From Alphaproteobacteria bacterium (lineage in GTDB: Bacteria > Pseudomonadota > Alphaproteobacteria > GCA-2731375), in NCBI GenBank assembly GCA_965232515.1, contig CBDDPY010000002.1, forward strand, positions 2,240,001 through 2,304,000: a DNA stretch of 64,000 nucleotides, read 5' to 3'. The translations under genes and the position numbers were made by a program. The notes under the pieces were generated by a model. The model searched no databases, was not told the origin of the DNA, and saw nothing but the letters and a program-made list of their open reading frames with translations. Positions 20,501 to 30,874 of this stretch are shown in pieces; within the stretch, counting starts at the first letter, position 1, and the number at the start of each line of letters is the position of its first letter.

Positions 20501-21520
20501 ATGGGCGAGCGGAAGGGGGCGCGGGTCGATACGGTGCGGCTGCAGCGGGTGGCGAAGGCGTTCTGGGAATCGGCGGCGCTGATGAGCGGGGTCGAGCTCG
20601 ACCTGTTCACGGCGATCGCGAACGGCGACGACACCATCGACAAGGCCGCCGCAGCCATGGACATCGAGCCGGAGAATGCCGAACGGCTGATGACGGCGCT
20701 GACGGCGATGGAACTGTTGCGCCGCGACGGCGACCGGTTCTCGAACGCGCCCGACGTCGAGCGTTTCCTGGTGCGAAGCTCGCCGAGTTATGCCGGGCCC
20801 TGGATGCTGTTCGGCAAGCCGCGCTGGGACGGCTGGGGGCGGCTGACCGAGCATCTGCGGCAGCGCCGGGCGGACCAGCGGGTGCTGGGCATGTACGACG
20901 ACAGCTTCACGGTCGAGCGGGCGCGGCAGTATCACGCCGCGACCTACTCCATCGGCATGGGCGCCGCGCGGCGGTTTCATCGACAAGTCGATCTGAGCGG
21001 CCGCAAGCGCATCATGGATCTGGGCGGCGGCTCGGGCTGCTATTGCATCGTCGCGGCAACGACCTATCCGGAGATCAGCGCCGTGGTGCTGGACCTGCCG
21101 CCGGTGGTCGAGGTGACGCGGGAGTTTCTGGCCGAGAACGGCGTCGCCGACCGGGTGACGGCCGAGGCCTGCGACTTCACCCGCGATCCCCTGCCCCGCG
21201 ACGCGGACGTCGCGATCATGGCCTCGAACCTGCCGCAGTACAGCCGCGCCATCATCGGCGACGTGGTCGCGCGCGTCTACGACGCGCTGCTGGCGGGCGG
21301 CGAATTCCATCTGATCGGCGAGATGCTGGACGACGACCGTCGCGGGCCGCTGGCGCCGGCGCTCTGGGGCCTGTCGGAAGCGGTGAGCGGCTCGACCGGC
21401 CTGGCGCACACGTCAGGCGAGTGCGTCGGTTATCTGAGCGAGGCCGGCTTCCGGGACGTAACGGTGAGCGAATTCATCCCGCAAACCCTGAACCGGGTCA
21501 CGGGCTACAAGCCCGGCTGA
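20501..21520 (+). CDS. SAM-dependent O-methyltransferase (type 2, with dimerisation domain)
   Basis: N-terminal ELDLF winged-helix segment, MDLGGGSG, LDLPPV. Confidence 0.88.
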   Translation: MGERKGARVDTVRLQRVAKAFWESAALMSGVELDLFTAIANGDDTIDKAAAAMDIEPENAERLMTALTAMELLRRDGDRFSNAPDVERFLVRSSPSYAGPWMLFGKPRWDGWGRLTEHLRQRRADQRVLGMYDDSFTVERARQYHAATYSIGMGAARRFHRQVDLSGRKRIMDLGGGSGCYCIVAATTYPEISAVVLDLPPVVEVTREFLAENGVADRVTAEACDFTRDPLPRDADVAIMASNLPQYSRAIIGDVVARVYDALLAGGEFHLIGEMLDDDRRGPLAPALWGLSEAVSGSTGLAHTSGECVGYLSEAGFRDVTVSEFIPQTLNRVTGYKPG

Positions 21521-22616
21521 CGGCGTCGGCGCACTGCATGGTGCCGGCGGTCCCGCCGAGGTCGCGGGTGACATGCCTGCCGGCGGCGAGCGTTGCCGCG
21601 ACGGCATCTCGGATGCGGCCCGCGGCCCCCGTCAGTTCGGCGTCATCGTGGCGCTGGCCGAGCCAGTCGAGCATCTCGGCGCCCGACAGGATGGTGGCGA
21701 AGGGGTTGGCGATGCCCTGGCCGGCGATGTCCGGCGCCGAGCCGTGCGAGCCCTGGAAATAGCCGTGCGCGTCGCCGATCTCGGCCGAGGCGCCCAAGCC
21801 CAGGCCGCCGACCGTGGCGGCGCCGAGGTCGGAGATGATGTCGCCGACGAAGTTTTCGGTGACGACCACATCGAAGGTATCGGGCCGCTCGAGCTGGTAG
21901 ACGGTCATGGCGTCCGACAGCGCGTAGTCGACCTCGATGTCGGGATAGCCGGCCAGCACCTCCTCGGCGACGCGGCGGAAGAAGGCGAAGCTGCGCAGCA
22001 CGTTCGCTTTGTCGACGATGGTGACGCGCCGCTTGCCGTCACGCGGCGCGCCATTGCGACGGCGGGCGAGCTCGGCAGCGAAGCGCACCACCCGCTCGAC
22101 GCCCTTGCGCGTCAGCACCATGGTGTCGGTCGCGGCGTCGTCCCGCAGCAGGTTGCCGCCGCCGCGCGCGGCGTAGAGCCCCTCGGTGTTCTCACGCACG
22201 ATCACGTAGTCGATCGGCGTCGGCCGGTCGAAGTTGAGCCGCGAGCGCACGCCGTCATAGAGCCGGATCGGCCGCACGTTGGCGTAGAGGTCGAGCGCGG
22301 CGCGGATCTGCATGGAGAAGTCCTGGCCGGCCTCGGTGCCGTCGGGATAGACCACGTCCGGCAGGCCGGCGGCGCCGTGCAGCACCGCATGCGCCTCGGC
22401 GACGGCTGCCCGCGTTTCGTGCGGAAAGGCGCTGCCGGTCTCGCGATAGCAGTCGGCGCCGGCCGGATAGCTGTCGAAGCGAAGCTTGTGGCCGCCGCCC
22501 AACGCCGCTTCGATGACGGCGATGGCCGCTTCGCAGACATCAGGCCCGATGCCGTCGCCCGGCACCACGGCGATGCGGTAGACGTTGGCGCCCGCCGGCG
22601 CCGTGTCGCCGGTCAA
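21498..22616 (-). CDS. Isocitrate/isopropylmalate/tartrate dehydrogenase family protein
   Basis: PGDGIGP, RENTEGLY, DKANV, NFVGDIISDL, HGSAPDIAG. Probable TTG start overlapping the upstream stop. Confidence 0.9.
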   Translation of the reverse strand: MTGDTAPAGANVYRIAVVPGDGIGPDVCEAAIAVIEAALGGGHKLRFDSYPAGADCYRETGSAFPHETRAAVAEAHAVLHGAAGLPDVVYPDGTEAGQDFSMQIRAALDLYANVRPIRLYDGVRSRLNFDRPTPIDYVIVRENTEGLYAARGGGNLLRDDAATDTMVLTRKGVERVVRFAAELARRRNGAPRDGKRRVTIVDKANVLRSFAFFRRVAEEVLAGYPDIEVDYALSDAMTVYQLERPDTFDVVVTENFVGDIISDLGAATVGGLGLGASAEIGDAHGYFQGSHGSAPDIAGQGIANPFATILSGAEMLDWLGQRHDDAELTGAAGRIRDAVAATLAAGRHVTRDLGGTAGTMQCADAVSRACSP

Positions 22617-22897
22617 AGCAGGGCCGAGACGATCTCGTCCCACTCCTTGTCGAGCGATTGGGTGGCGTGGTCCTTACCGGCGCGGCGGTACCAGTAGCCG
22701 GCGTTGCTGGCGTCGCCCTCGACCCGGTGCAGGTGGGCGTGCACCCAGGCGCCGATGGCGTCGTCCTGGCTCTGCGCCAGCTCGTGCGCCCGGTGCCAGT
22801 CGCCTTTCGCCTGATGCCACATGGCCTGCAGCGCCGGCGTCAGGTCCGCCGGCGGTCCGTCCTGCTCCAATGTTCCCTTGAACGACTTAAGATCCAT
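22613..22897 (-). CDS. Conserved-looking 94-aa helical hypothetical protein
   Basis: GDWHRAH..AWVHAHLHRVEGD..NAGYWYRRAG. RBS GGAGG. Confidence 0.8.
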   Translation of the reverse strand: MDLKSFKGTLEQDGPPADLTPALQAMWHQAKGDWHRAHELAQSQDDAIGAWVHAHLHRVEGDASNAGYWYRRAGKDHATQSLDKEWDEIVSALL

Positions 22898-23002
22898 CCC
22901 GCCTGCCCTCCGGTGCCTCACGGGCGCCACATCCGACGGCACCATGGTACCCTCGAAGACTGACGAAGTGTGCAGATTTGTCGGTTTAAACCGTCAAATA
23001 CG

Positions 23003-24157
23003 TCAGCTCGCAGGCTCGAGGCGGATGAGCTGGCCGTCGCCGCTGTCGGTCAGCACGTAGATATAGCCGTCGGGGCTGACGCGGACGTCGCGGATGCGCT
23101 CGTCGAGGTCCTTCAGCAGGGCTTCCTGCGCCACGACGCGGTCACCGTCGAGCTCGAGCCGGCGGAGATGCGTGTGCGACAGGGCGCCGACGAACAGGTC
23201 GCCGCGCCAGTTCGGGAACTTGTCGCCGTCGTAGAAGGCCATGCCGCTGGGCGCGATGGACGGGTCCCAATAGACCACCGGCTGCTCCATGCCCGGCGCT
23301 TCGGTGCGGTCGGAGATGGTGGCGCCGCTATAGTCGATGCCGTAGGTGATCGCCGGCCAGCCGTAATTGGCGCCGGCTTTCAGGATATTGACCTCGTCGC
23401 CGCCGCGCGGCCCATGCTCGTGCGCCCAGACCTGGCCGGTTGCGGGCCGCAGGGCCAGACCCTGCGCATTGCGGTGGCCGTAGGTGAAAATCTCCGGCCG
23501 GGCGTCGCCGCGGCCAACGAACGGGTTGTCATCGGGCACGCCGCCGTCGTCTCGGATACGCACGATGGCGCCGATATGGTCGCGCACGTCCTGGGCCCGC
23601 TCGAGATAGCTGTAGCGATCGCCCAGCGTCACGTAGAGCGTGCCGTCGGGCGCGAACAGCAGCCGCGAGCCGTAGTGATTGCGGCCACCGGTCTTCGGCG
23701 CAGCGCTGAACACGACCTCGAGATCGGTCAGCGCCTCGCCGTCGAAACGACCGCGCGCCACCTCGGTGTTGACGCCGCCGTCGCCGCGGCCGGCGTAGGA
23801 CAGATAGACGAGACGGTTCTCGGCAAAATCGGGATGCAGGGCGACGTCGAGCAGGCCGCCCTGGCCGCGCGCCACCACCTCGGGCACGCCGGCGACGGAT
23901 TCACGCTGGAGCTTGCCGTCCTTGATCAGGCGCAGACGGCCGTCGCGTTCGGTGACCAGCATGTCGCCGTCCGGCAGGAAGGCCATGCCCCACGGGTTGT
24001 CCAGGCCGTCGGCGACGACGACATGGCGGAATTCGTGCTGCTCGGAACGCTCGACCGTGCGGGCCGACGTCGGCAGGATCCAGGCCAGCACCGCGGCGGT
24101 GATCAGCGACGTGCCGAGCGCGCCGGTCAGAAACAGCGTCACCGATTTGCGCGACAT
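23003..24157 (-). CDS. PQQ-dependent sugar dehydrogenase (YliI/GSDH family)
   Basis: GLDNPWGMAF, GQGGLLDV, YGHRNAQG, EHGPRGGDEVN, RIRDV. N-terminal signal/anchor. Confidence 0.92.
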   Translation of the reverse strand: MSRKSVTLFLTGALGTSLITAAVLAWILPTSARTVERSEQHEFRHVVVADGLDNPWGMAFLPDGDMLVTERDGRLRLIKDGKLQRESVAGVPEVVARGQGGLLDVALHPDFAENRLVYLSYAGRGDGGVNTEVARGRFDGEALTDLEVVFSAAPKTGGRNHYGSRLLFAPDGTLYVTLGDRYSYLERAQDVRDHIGAIVRIRDDGGVPDDNPFVGRGDARPEIFTYGHRNAQGLALRPATGQVWAHEHGPRGGDEVNILKAGANYGWPAITYGIDYSGATISDRTEAPGMEQPVVYWDPSIAPSGMAFYDGDKFPNWRGDLFVGALSHTHLRRLELDGDRVVAQEALLKDLDERIRDVRVSPDGYIYVLTDSGDGQLIRLEPAS

Positions 24158-24294
24158 GAACCCCTCCCAATGCCATCAAGGCGGCGCGCGAGCGCCCTTA
24201 CTCCTACGCCGCGCAACCGCTCCTCGCATTCAAAAATGTGGGTGGCCGCAGGGGTCGGATCAATGATCCGCGCGGAAAAATCACAGACCCGCGG

Positions 24295-25473
24295 CTAGCT
24301 GAATTCGTGCAGGTCGGTGCGGTGGGCGGCGATGTAGTCCCAGTCGTAGGCGACGCCCAGGCCGGGGCCATCCGGCACCGGCACACAGCCGTCATCGCCG
24401 ACGCAATCGAGCTGATCGGTGTAGCCGTCGGCATAGACCGGCGGCACGGCGTTGGGCGTGTCCGGGCCGACCAGCGCCACCTCGTAAAAGTTGGAGTTGC
24501 GCATGGCCGACATGCAGGCGCGGTGCGCCGGACCGGAGGCATGGATCTCGCAATCGATGCCGAAGGCCTCGGCCAGATGCGCGATCTTCATGGCGCCGGT
24601 GATGCCCATATCGTACTCCGGGTCGGCGCGCAGGAAATCGGTGCCGCCGGCGATCAGGAAATCGGCCTTGGGCTCGACGCCGCGGACGTGCTCGGTCTGC
24701 AGGATCGGCGTGCGGATCATCTGCCGCAGTTTGGCGTGCGCGAAGGCGGACGTGCCGGCGTCGCGGTAGGGGTCTTCGAGCCAAAAGAAGCCGGCATCGT
24801 CGCAGGCCCGGCCGACATAGAGCGTGTCGGCGAAGGTGCGCAGCTCGCAAGCCGGGTCCAGCATCAGCGTCATGCGGTCGCCCATTTTCTCGCCCATGTA
24901 GCGCACGTTCTCGGCCTCCTCGCGGGCGTCGCCGTCGTGCCAGCCGTGAATCTTGAAGGCGCGGTAGCCCAATTCGTGGCACTGCTCGGCAAAGGCGACG
25001 AAGGCTTCCTTGCTGTCGAGGCCGCCGTTGCGGTCGGCGTGGTAGGTGGACGCGTAGGCCGGCAGCCGCGTGCGGTAGCCGCCGAGCAGCGCCGAGACGC
25101 TGACGCCGTACTTGCGGCCGGCGAGATCCCAGAGCGCGATGTCGATCGGGCCGTGGCCCATGTGGTCGTATTGCCGGAATTCGCGCTTGAGATCGTCGAA
25201 GATGCCTTCGCGCTGCTCGGGATCGCGGCCCAGCAGGTTCGGCGCCATCATCAGGGTCTGGGCCAACGCGGCCTTGGTGCCCACCCAATGGGTGACGTAT
25301 TCGCCGCGGCAGCCGTCGTCGGCCTTGATGACGACGGCGTACTTCGACAGCTCCATGACGCTGTTCGGCTTGAAGCCGATGTTGTAGACCGCGCCCTCGT
25401 TCTCGTCTTCGAGTCCCAGATTGCGGGCCTGGAAGGTGAACTCGTGCACCTCGACGCCATCGATCCGGCTCAT
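24295..25473 (-). CDS. Mandelate racemase/enolase superfamily protein
   Basis: DIALWDL, FKIH, LMLDP, WLEDP, TEH. Confidence 0.88.
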   Translation of the reverse strand: MSRIDGVEVHEFTFQARNLGLEDENEGAVYNIGFKPNSVMELSKYAVVIKADDGCRGEYVTHWVGTKAALAQTLMMAPNLLGRDPEQREGIFDDLKREFRQYDHMGHGPIDIALWDLAGRKYGVSVSALLGGYRTRLPAYASTYHADRNGGLDSKEAFVAFAEQCHELGYRAFKIHGWHDGDAREEAENVRYMGEKMGDRMTLMLDPACELRTFADTLYVGRACDDAGFFWLEDPYRDAGTSAFAHAKLRQMIRTPILQTEHVRGVEPKADFLIAGGTDFLRADPEYDMGITGAMKIAHLAEAFGIDCEIHASGPAHRACMSAMRNSNFYEVALVGPDTPNAVPPVYADGYTDQLDCVGDDGCVPVPDGPGLGVAYDWDYIAAHRTDLHEFS

Positions 25474-25700
25474 CGGCCGCCCTCCCCAGTCAGGTTTTGA
25501 TTGTCCGTTCGAAACGATTTAAGCAGGTTTGGCGGTCGCGTTCACGGACCGATCCGGCGTTGCGCACAGTTCTTCACAACCGTGTTATTCCCGGCCTGGA
25601 AAACCCGCAATGCGCGCCATATTCCACCAAGTGGATGACCGCATGGGGGGCCTTGTGGGCCTGCCGGTCGGGCAGGCCAGCGTATTCAGGAGAATGACCC

Positions 25701-26279
25701 ATGACGCGATCTTGGAAGACATCGGTTCGACATGCGCTGACCGCCAGCACGGCGTTGGTGCTTGCGGCGTGCGCCGGGGTGACCACCGTGACGCGGACCG
25801 ACCAGTATCCCTTCTACACCCCCAATGTCGTGCAGTACGCCATCGCCGACGGCGAGCTGGCGGCCGAGATCTACGGACAGCCATTTCCCGGCGCCGGCGT
25901 CGATGCCGAGACCATCGCCAGTCGGCTGAGCATGCCCGGCATCTTTCAGCGGGCGCGCGTGACGACACGGCCGACGGCGGACCCCAACAACGATCATTAC
26001 CGGCTCGTGATCGCATTCAATCCCACCGGCACGCCGATCGCGCGGCGCCTGTGCACCGACCCCGACCAGCTGCGCGCGGGCGGCGGCAGCGGCGGCGGCC
26101 TGCAGGCCATGGCCGCGTTCTGCGCCGGATCCGAGATCGCCTCGCAGACATTCGTCAGCGGAGCGCCGGCGACCGGTCCCGACGATCCGGCGTTCCGGTC
26201 GGCCATGAACCAGCTCATGCTGACACTCTTCCTGCCGGAGGACGAAGGCGCGCGGGCCGACTGCCTGCGGCGCTGCTAA
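25701..26279 (+). CDS. Hypothetical lipoprotein
   Basis: Lipobox LAAC after a hydrophobic segment. RBS AGGAG. Confidence 0.75.
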   Translation: MTRSWKTSVRHALTASTALVLAACAGVTTVTRTDQYPFYTPNVVQYAIADGELAAEIYGQPFPGAGVDAETIASRLSMPGIFQRARVTTRPTADPNNDHYRLVIAFNPTGTPIARRLCTDPDQLRAGGGSGGGLQAMAAFCAGSEIASQTFVSGAPATGPDDPAFRSAMNQLMLTLFLPEDEGARADCLRRC

Positions 26280-26423
26280 CGGGCCTGGCGGGCGAGCGCC
26301 AATGGCCTCGCCCGCACCGGTCCGCCGGCACGCGATCCACTTACATCCGAGGTAATTGTCGCGACATCGCCGCGCTCCGAGCATACCGGCCGTCGGTCGA
26401 ATTCTTGGTCGGGGTGAACGGAC

Positions 26424-27338
26424 ATGACGGACGCGGTGATGACGGCGCAGCGGATCTCCGCGCGCTACTGGGCGCTGCTGGCATTGACGGCGGCGTTGTT
26501 TGCCAGCGCGTTCTTCATGAACAAGATCGCCGTCGCCAGTCTGGCGCCGCTGACGGTCGCGGCCGGCCGGGTGGTGGTGGCCGCGGCGATCGCGCTGGCG
26601 ATGCTGCGTCTGATGGGCGGCCGCCTGCCGACGCCGGGCCGGGACTGGCGGCCGCTGGTGGTCATCGGCCTGTTAACGACAGCGGTGCCGTTCACCGGGA
26701 TCGCCTGGGGCCAGCGCTATATCGACAGCGGCCTCGCCGGCATCATCTACGGCACGATCCCAATCTTCACCGTGCTGTTCGCGCATTTTCTAACCGCGGA
26801 CGAACGCTTCACGGCCCGCCGCGGCATGGGGGTCGCGGTCGGTCTCGGGGGCGTCGTGCTGATCTTTGGCCCGGCGGCGCTGGCGGGCATCGGCGACAGC
26901 CTGTTGGGCAGCGCACTCACACTGATGGCCGCCACCAGCCATGCCTTGGGCGCGATCTACGTGCGGCGGTGCCGGCATCTGTCGCCGGTCGTGCTGACAT
27001 CAGGGCAACTGGTGTGCGGTGCGCTTATCCTGGTGCCGCTGAGCCTGATTTTCGACGTGCCGTGGCAACTGCAGCCGACCGGATCCGCTTTGACCGCGGT
27101 CGTTGGCGTGGCGGTCGTCGGCACGGCCGTGCCGTTGTTGATCACCTTCTGGCTGATCCAGCGGATCGGCGCCACCAACACATCCCTGCTTGCGTTCCTG
27201 ATGCCGGTGATGGCGGTCGGCCTTGGCGCCGTGCTGCTGGGCGAATGGTTGCCCTGGCAAGCCTTCGCCGGCCTTGCCTTGATCCTGGTCGGTGCGGCCG
27301 CGGTCGGCGGCGGCCCGCCGCGGGCGCCAGACAATTAA
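26424..27338 (+). CDS. DMT/EamA family transporter
   Basis: About 10 TM helices in two repeats, IDSGLAG..T.PIF. Confidence 0.88.
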   Translation: MTDAVMTAQRISARYWALLALTAALFASAFFMNKIAVASLAPLTVAAGRVVVAAAIALAMLRLMGGRLPTPGRDWRPLVVIGLLTTAVPFTGIAWGQRYIDSGLAGIIYGTIPIFTVLFAHFLTADERFTARRGMGVAVGLGGVVLIFGPAALAGIGDSLLGSALTLMAATSHALGAIYVRRCRHLSPVVLTSGQLVCGALILVPLSLIFDVPWQLQPTGSALTAVVGVAVVGTAVPLLITFWLIQRIGATNTSLLAFLMPVMAVGLGAVLLGEWLPWQAFAGLALILVGAAAVGGGPPRAPDN

Positions 27339-27488
27339 ATTATCTCATCCGAAGGCAAGAAATTGTCATTTGCCCCAGGGACACCGCTGCCTGGATGATC
27401 TGACAGGCTTAGGTCTGGCGGCGCGATGCGGACAAATGCAGGCGCCCGTGCTGTGCGACGACCGGCGGCCCAACGGATGGAGAGCGTC

Positions 27489-28358
27489 ATGAGCGATACC
27501 ACGATCACGGCCAGCAACGACGGCGCCAAGACGAATTCACTCAGCCATGTCGTGGCGGCGCTCAACTATCTCGACAAGAGCGAGACGGCGCCGAAGTCCT
27601 ATATCGAGCCGCCCGAGACCGGCGTCGAGCCGCGGCGGCCGGAACGCAGCACGCAGGAAATGCCGATCTTCGATATCCGGCCCGTTGCCGGCGAGATCGA
27701 CCTCGATGCCGAGGGCTTCGCGCTGACCCGGCATGACAGCGCCGTCGGCGACTTCTACGACGAGGACGAAGTCAGGCGGGTCTACTATCCGGAGGTCGAG
27801 AAGCTGGTGCGCGCGGCGACCGGCGCCGTCAAAGTCGTCGTCTTCGATCACAACGTTCGCAACATGACCAAGGCCGAGGCCGGCGAGGCCAAAACCCGCC
27901 GGCCGGTCGACTATGTGCACAACGACTATACCGAGACATCGGGTCCGCAGCGGGTGCGCGACCTGCTGGACCCGGCCGCGGCGGACGCGCTGCTGCAGCA
28001 TCGCTTCGCCGTGATCAATGTCTGGCAGCCGATCCGGGGGCCGGTGCAGGACAAGCCGCTCGCCGTGCTGGATGCGCAGAGCATGGGGCCGAACGACTTC
28101 GTCGCTACGGACCTCGTCTACCGTGACCGGACCGGCGAGATCTACTCCGTGCACCACCGCCCGACGCACCGCTGGTACTACGTGTCGGAGATGCAGCCCG
28201 ACGAGGCGCTGCTGCTGAAGTGCTACGATTCAGCGACCGATGGCCGCGCCCGCTTCACCGCCCACTCGGCCTTCAGCAACCCGGCGGCACCCGCCGACGC
28301 CCGCCCCCGCGAAAGCATCGAGGCCCGCACGCTGGTCTTCTTTCCACCCGACAAGTAG
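27489..28358 (+). CDS. CmcJ/NvfI-family oxidoreductase
   Basis: FDHNVR, VHNDYT, INVWQPI, PLAVLD, KCYDS, HSAF, RESIEAR. The start may be 27477. Confidence 0.82.
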   Translation: MSDTTITASNDGAKTNSLSHVVAALNYLDKSETAPKSYIEPPETGVEPRRPERSTQEMPIFDIRPVAGEIDLDAEGFALTRHDSAVGDFYDEDEVRRVYYPEVEKLVRAATGAVKVVVFDHNVRNMTKAEAGEAKTRRPVDYVHNDYTETSGPQRVRDLLDPAAADALLQHRFAVINVWQPIRGPVQDKPLAVLDAQSMGPNDFVATDLVYRDRTGEIYSVHHRPTHRWYYVSEMQPDEALLLKCYDSATDGRARFTAHSAFSNPAAPADARPRESIEARTLVFFPPDK

Positions 28359-28376
28359 CGCGGCAACGGCGCCATT

Positions 28377-28484
28377 TAATTCCGGTGACAGTAACCGTAA
28401 TTCGAAACGGTTGCGAGTAATTACGGTTACTGTCACCGGAATTACTCGCGCGAGCTTATCGAGATAAGGTTACTGTCACCGGAA
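28377..28484. repeat. REP-like palindromic cluster (three copies of GGTTACTGTCACCGGAA)
   Basis: Perfect 26-bp inverted repeat at 28377-28402/28419-28444 plus a third copy at 28468-28484, between convergent genes. Confidence 0.85.
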
Positions 28485-28489
28485 CATGA

Positions 28490-29746
28490 TCAGGTGGCGT
28501 TGGCGCGGTCGATGATGGCGTGCAGGAGGACGTTGCAGCCGGCGGCGATGTCGGACTGGGTCGCGTTCTCGACCTCGTTGTGGCTGATGCCGTCCTCGCA
28601 GGGCACGAAGATCATGCCGGTCGGCGCCACGGTAGCGATGTGGCAGGCGTCATGGCCGGCGCCGGAGATGATGTCCATGTGGCTGAGGCCGGTGGCCTCG
28701 GCGCCGGCGCCGACGGCGGCGACACAATTGGCGTCGAACTTCAGCGGCGGCTGATACCAGATTTCGTCTAGGGCGATGTCGAGGCCGGCGTCGGCCCGCA
28801 CGCCATCGACGAAGGCTTCCAGCTCGGACTTCATCTTCGACAGCACCTCGTCCTCCGGATGCCGGAAGTCGATGCTGAAGAAGACCTGGCCCGGGATGGT
28901 GTTGCGCGAGTTCGGCCGCACCTCCATCTGCCCCACCGTGGCGCAGGCATAGGGCTGGTTAGCCAGGCCGATACGATTGATCTCCTGCACGATGCGTGAC
29001 GCGCCGACCAGTGCGTCGCGGCGGCGCGCCATCGGCGTCGGGCCGGCATGCGCTTCCTGTCCGGTGACGGTGCAGTCGAACCAACGCTGGCCCTGCGCGC
29101 CCTGCACGACGCCGATGGTCTTCTCCTCGGCCTCCAGGATCGGGCCCTGCTCGATATGCACCTCGAAGAAGGCGGCGATGTCGCTGCCGCCCATGGGCTG
29201 ATCGCCGAGATAGCCGATGCGTTCGAGTTCGCCGCCCATGGTCTTGCCGTCCATGTCGGCGATGTCGTGCGCGAAATCGAGCGCGAACTTGCCCACGTAA
29301 ACACCGGAGCCGACCATCGCCGGGGCAAAACGGCAGCCCTCCTCGTTGGTCCAGACCGAGACCTCGACCGGCCGCTGGGTCTCGTAGTTCAGGTCGTTCA
29401 GCGTGCGCAACACCTCGAGGCCGGCGAGCACGCCATAGACGCCGTCGAACTTGCCGCCAGTCGGCTGGGTGTCGAGGTGGCTGCCGGTCATCACCGGCGC
29501 CAGGCCGTCGTCCTTGCCGGCACGACGCGCGAAGATATTGCCCATCTGGTCGACGCGGATGGTGCAGCCCGCCTGTTTGCACCAGTCGACGAACAGGTCG
29601 CGGCCCTGCTTGTCGAGGTCGGTGAGCGCCTGCCGGTTGACGCCACCCTTCTCGGTCGCGCCGATTTGCGCCATCTCCATCAGGCTGTCCCACAGCCGGT
29701 CGGAATTGATCTTCAGGTTTGCCAAGCTGGCGATATCGGTGGTCAT
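28490..29746 (-). CDS. Zn-dependent amidohydrolase (beta-ureidopropionase/N-carbamoylase, M20 family)
   Basis: GSHLDTQPTGGKFDG, WTNEEG, EVHIEQGP, HAGPTPM, SGAGHDA. Confidence 0.9.
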   Translation of the reverse strand: MTTDIASLANLKINSDRLWDSLMEMAQIGATEKGGVNRQALTDLDKQGRDLFVDWCKQAGCTIRVDQMGNIFARRAGKDDGLAPVMTGSHLDTQPTGGKFDGVYGVLAGLEVLRTLNDLNYETQRPVEVSVWTNEEGCRFAPAMVGSGVYVGKFALDFAHDIADMDGKTMGGELERIGYLGDQPMGGSDIAAFFEVHIEQGPILEAEEKTIGVVQGAQGQRWFDCTVTGQEAHAGPTPMARRRDALVGASRIVQEINRIGLANQPYACATVGQMEVRPNSRNTIPGQVFFSIDFRHPEDEVLSKMKSELEAFVDGVRADAGLDIALDEIWYQPPLKFDANCVAAVGAGAEATGLSHMDIISGAGHDACHIATVAPTGMIFVPCEDGISHNEVENATQSDIAAGCNVLLHAIIDRANAT

Positions 29747-30861
29747 GCGGCAAGCGCCTCGTCGGCGGGTTGGTAGTCGAGGTTGAGGTCGCGGGCGACG
29801 GCTTCGTAGGTAACGCGGCCGGCGTGCACGTTGAGGCCGGCTTTCAGGTGCGCGTCGTCGGCCATGGCCTGCTTGAAGCCCTTGTCGGCGAGCCCCAGCA
29901 CGAAGGGCAGCGTCGCGTTGTTGAGCGCGAAGGTGGACGTGCGGGCGACGGCGCCCGGCATGTTGGCGACGCAATAGTGCACGACATCGTGCAGCTTATA
30001 GGTCGGCTGGTCGTGCGTCGTCGCCTTGCTGGTCTCGAAGCAGCCGCCCTGGTCGATGGCGACATCGACCAGCACCGAGCCGCGGCGCATCTGCCGCACC
30101 ATGTCCTCGCTGACAAGGCGCGGCGCGGCGGCGCCGGGCACCAGCACGGCGCCGACCACGAGATCGGCGTTCAGCACCTGGCGCTCGATATCGTCAACGG
30201 TGGAATAGATCGTGTTGAGCTTGGCGCCGAACAGCTCGTCCAATTCCTTCAGGCGGCGCAGGTTGCGCTCGATGATGGTGACGCGGGCTTCGAAGCCGAC
30301 GGCCATGCGGGCCGCGTTGGTGCCGACGACACCGCCGCCGATGATGACGACATCGGCCGCCTGGACGCCAGCGACGCCGCCCAGCAGCGCGCCGCGCCCG
30401 CCCTGCTCCATCTCCAGGCAGTGCGCGCCGGCCTGGATCGACATGCGACCGGCAACCTCGCTCATGGGCGCCAGCAGCGGCAGACCGCCGAAATCGTCGG
30501 TGACGGTCTCATAGGCGATAGCGGTGGCGCCCGACCCCATCAGGGCCTTGGTCTGGTCGGGATCGGGCGCCAGGTGCAAGTACGTGAACAGCACCTGGCC
30601 GTCGCGCAGCATGGCGCACTCGACCGCCTGCGGCTCCTTCACCTTGACCACCATGTCGGCGCGCGCGAAGACGTCGGCGGCCGTGCCAACGATCTCGGCG
30701 CCGGCCGCCTTGTAGTCGTCGTCGGCGAGACCGATCGCCAGGCCGGCATTGGTCTCGACGATGACCTGATGGCCGTGATGCACCGTTTCGCGCACGCTGG
30801 TTGGCGTCATGCCGACGCGATGTTCCTGGGACTTGATCTCTTTCGGGACGCCGATCAGCAT
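29743..30861 (-). CDS. ald: Alanine dehydrogenase
   Basis: [45 protein letters not shown]. Confidence 0.96.
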   Translation of the reverse strand: MLIGVPKEIKSQEHRVGMTPTSVRETVHHGHQVIVETNAGLAIGLADDDYKAAGAEIVGTAADVFARADMVVKVKEPQAVECAMLRDGQVLFTYLHLAPDPDQTKALMGSGATAIAYETVTDDFGGLPLLAPMSEVAGRMSIQAGAHCLEMEQGGRGALLGGVAGVQAADVVIIGGGVVGTNAARMAVGFEARVTIIERNLRRLKELDELFGAKLNTIYSTVDDIERQVLNADLVVGAVLVPGAAAPRLVSEDMVRQMRRGSVLVDVAIDQGGCFETSKATTHDQPTYKLHDVVHYCVANMPGAVARTSTFALNNATLPFVLGLADKGFKQAMADDAHLKAGLNVHAGRVTYEAVARDLNLDYQPADEALAA

Positions 30862-30874
30862 GGCGCGGCCACGC

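Noticed and set aside
21498-21520. 23-bp overlap of convergent 3' ends (methyltransferase and dehydrogenase)
   Set aside because: Short convergent overlaps are common in compact high-GC genomes.
28377-28484. Possible mini-CRISPR array
   Set aside because: The copies are inverted and irregularly spaced, with no unique spacers of uniform length and no cas genes.
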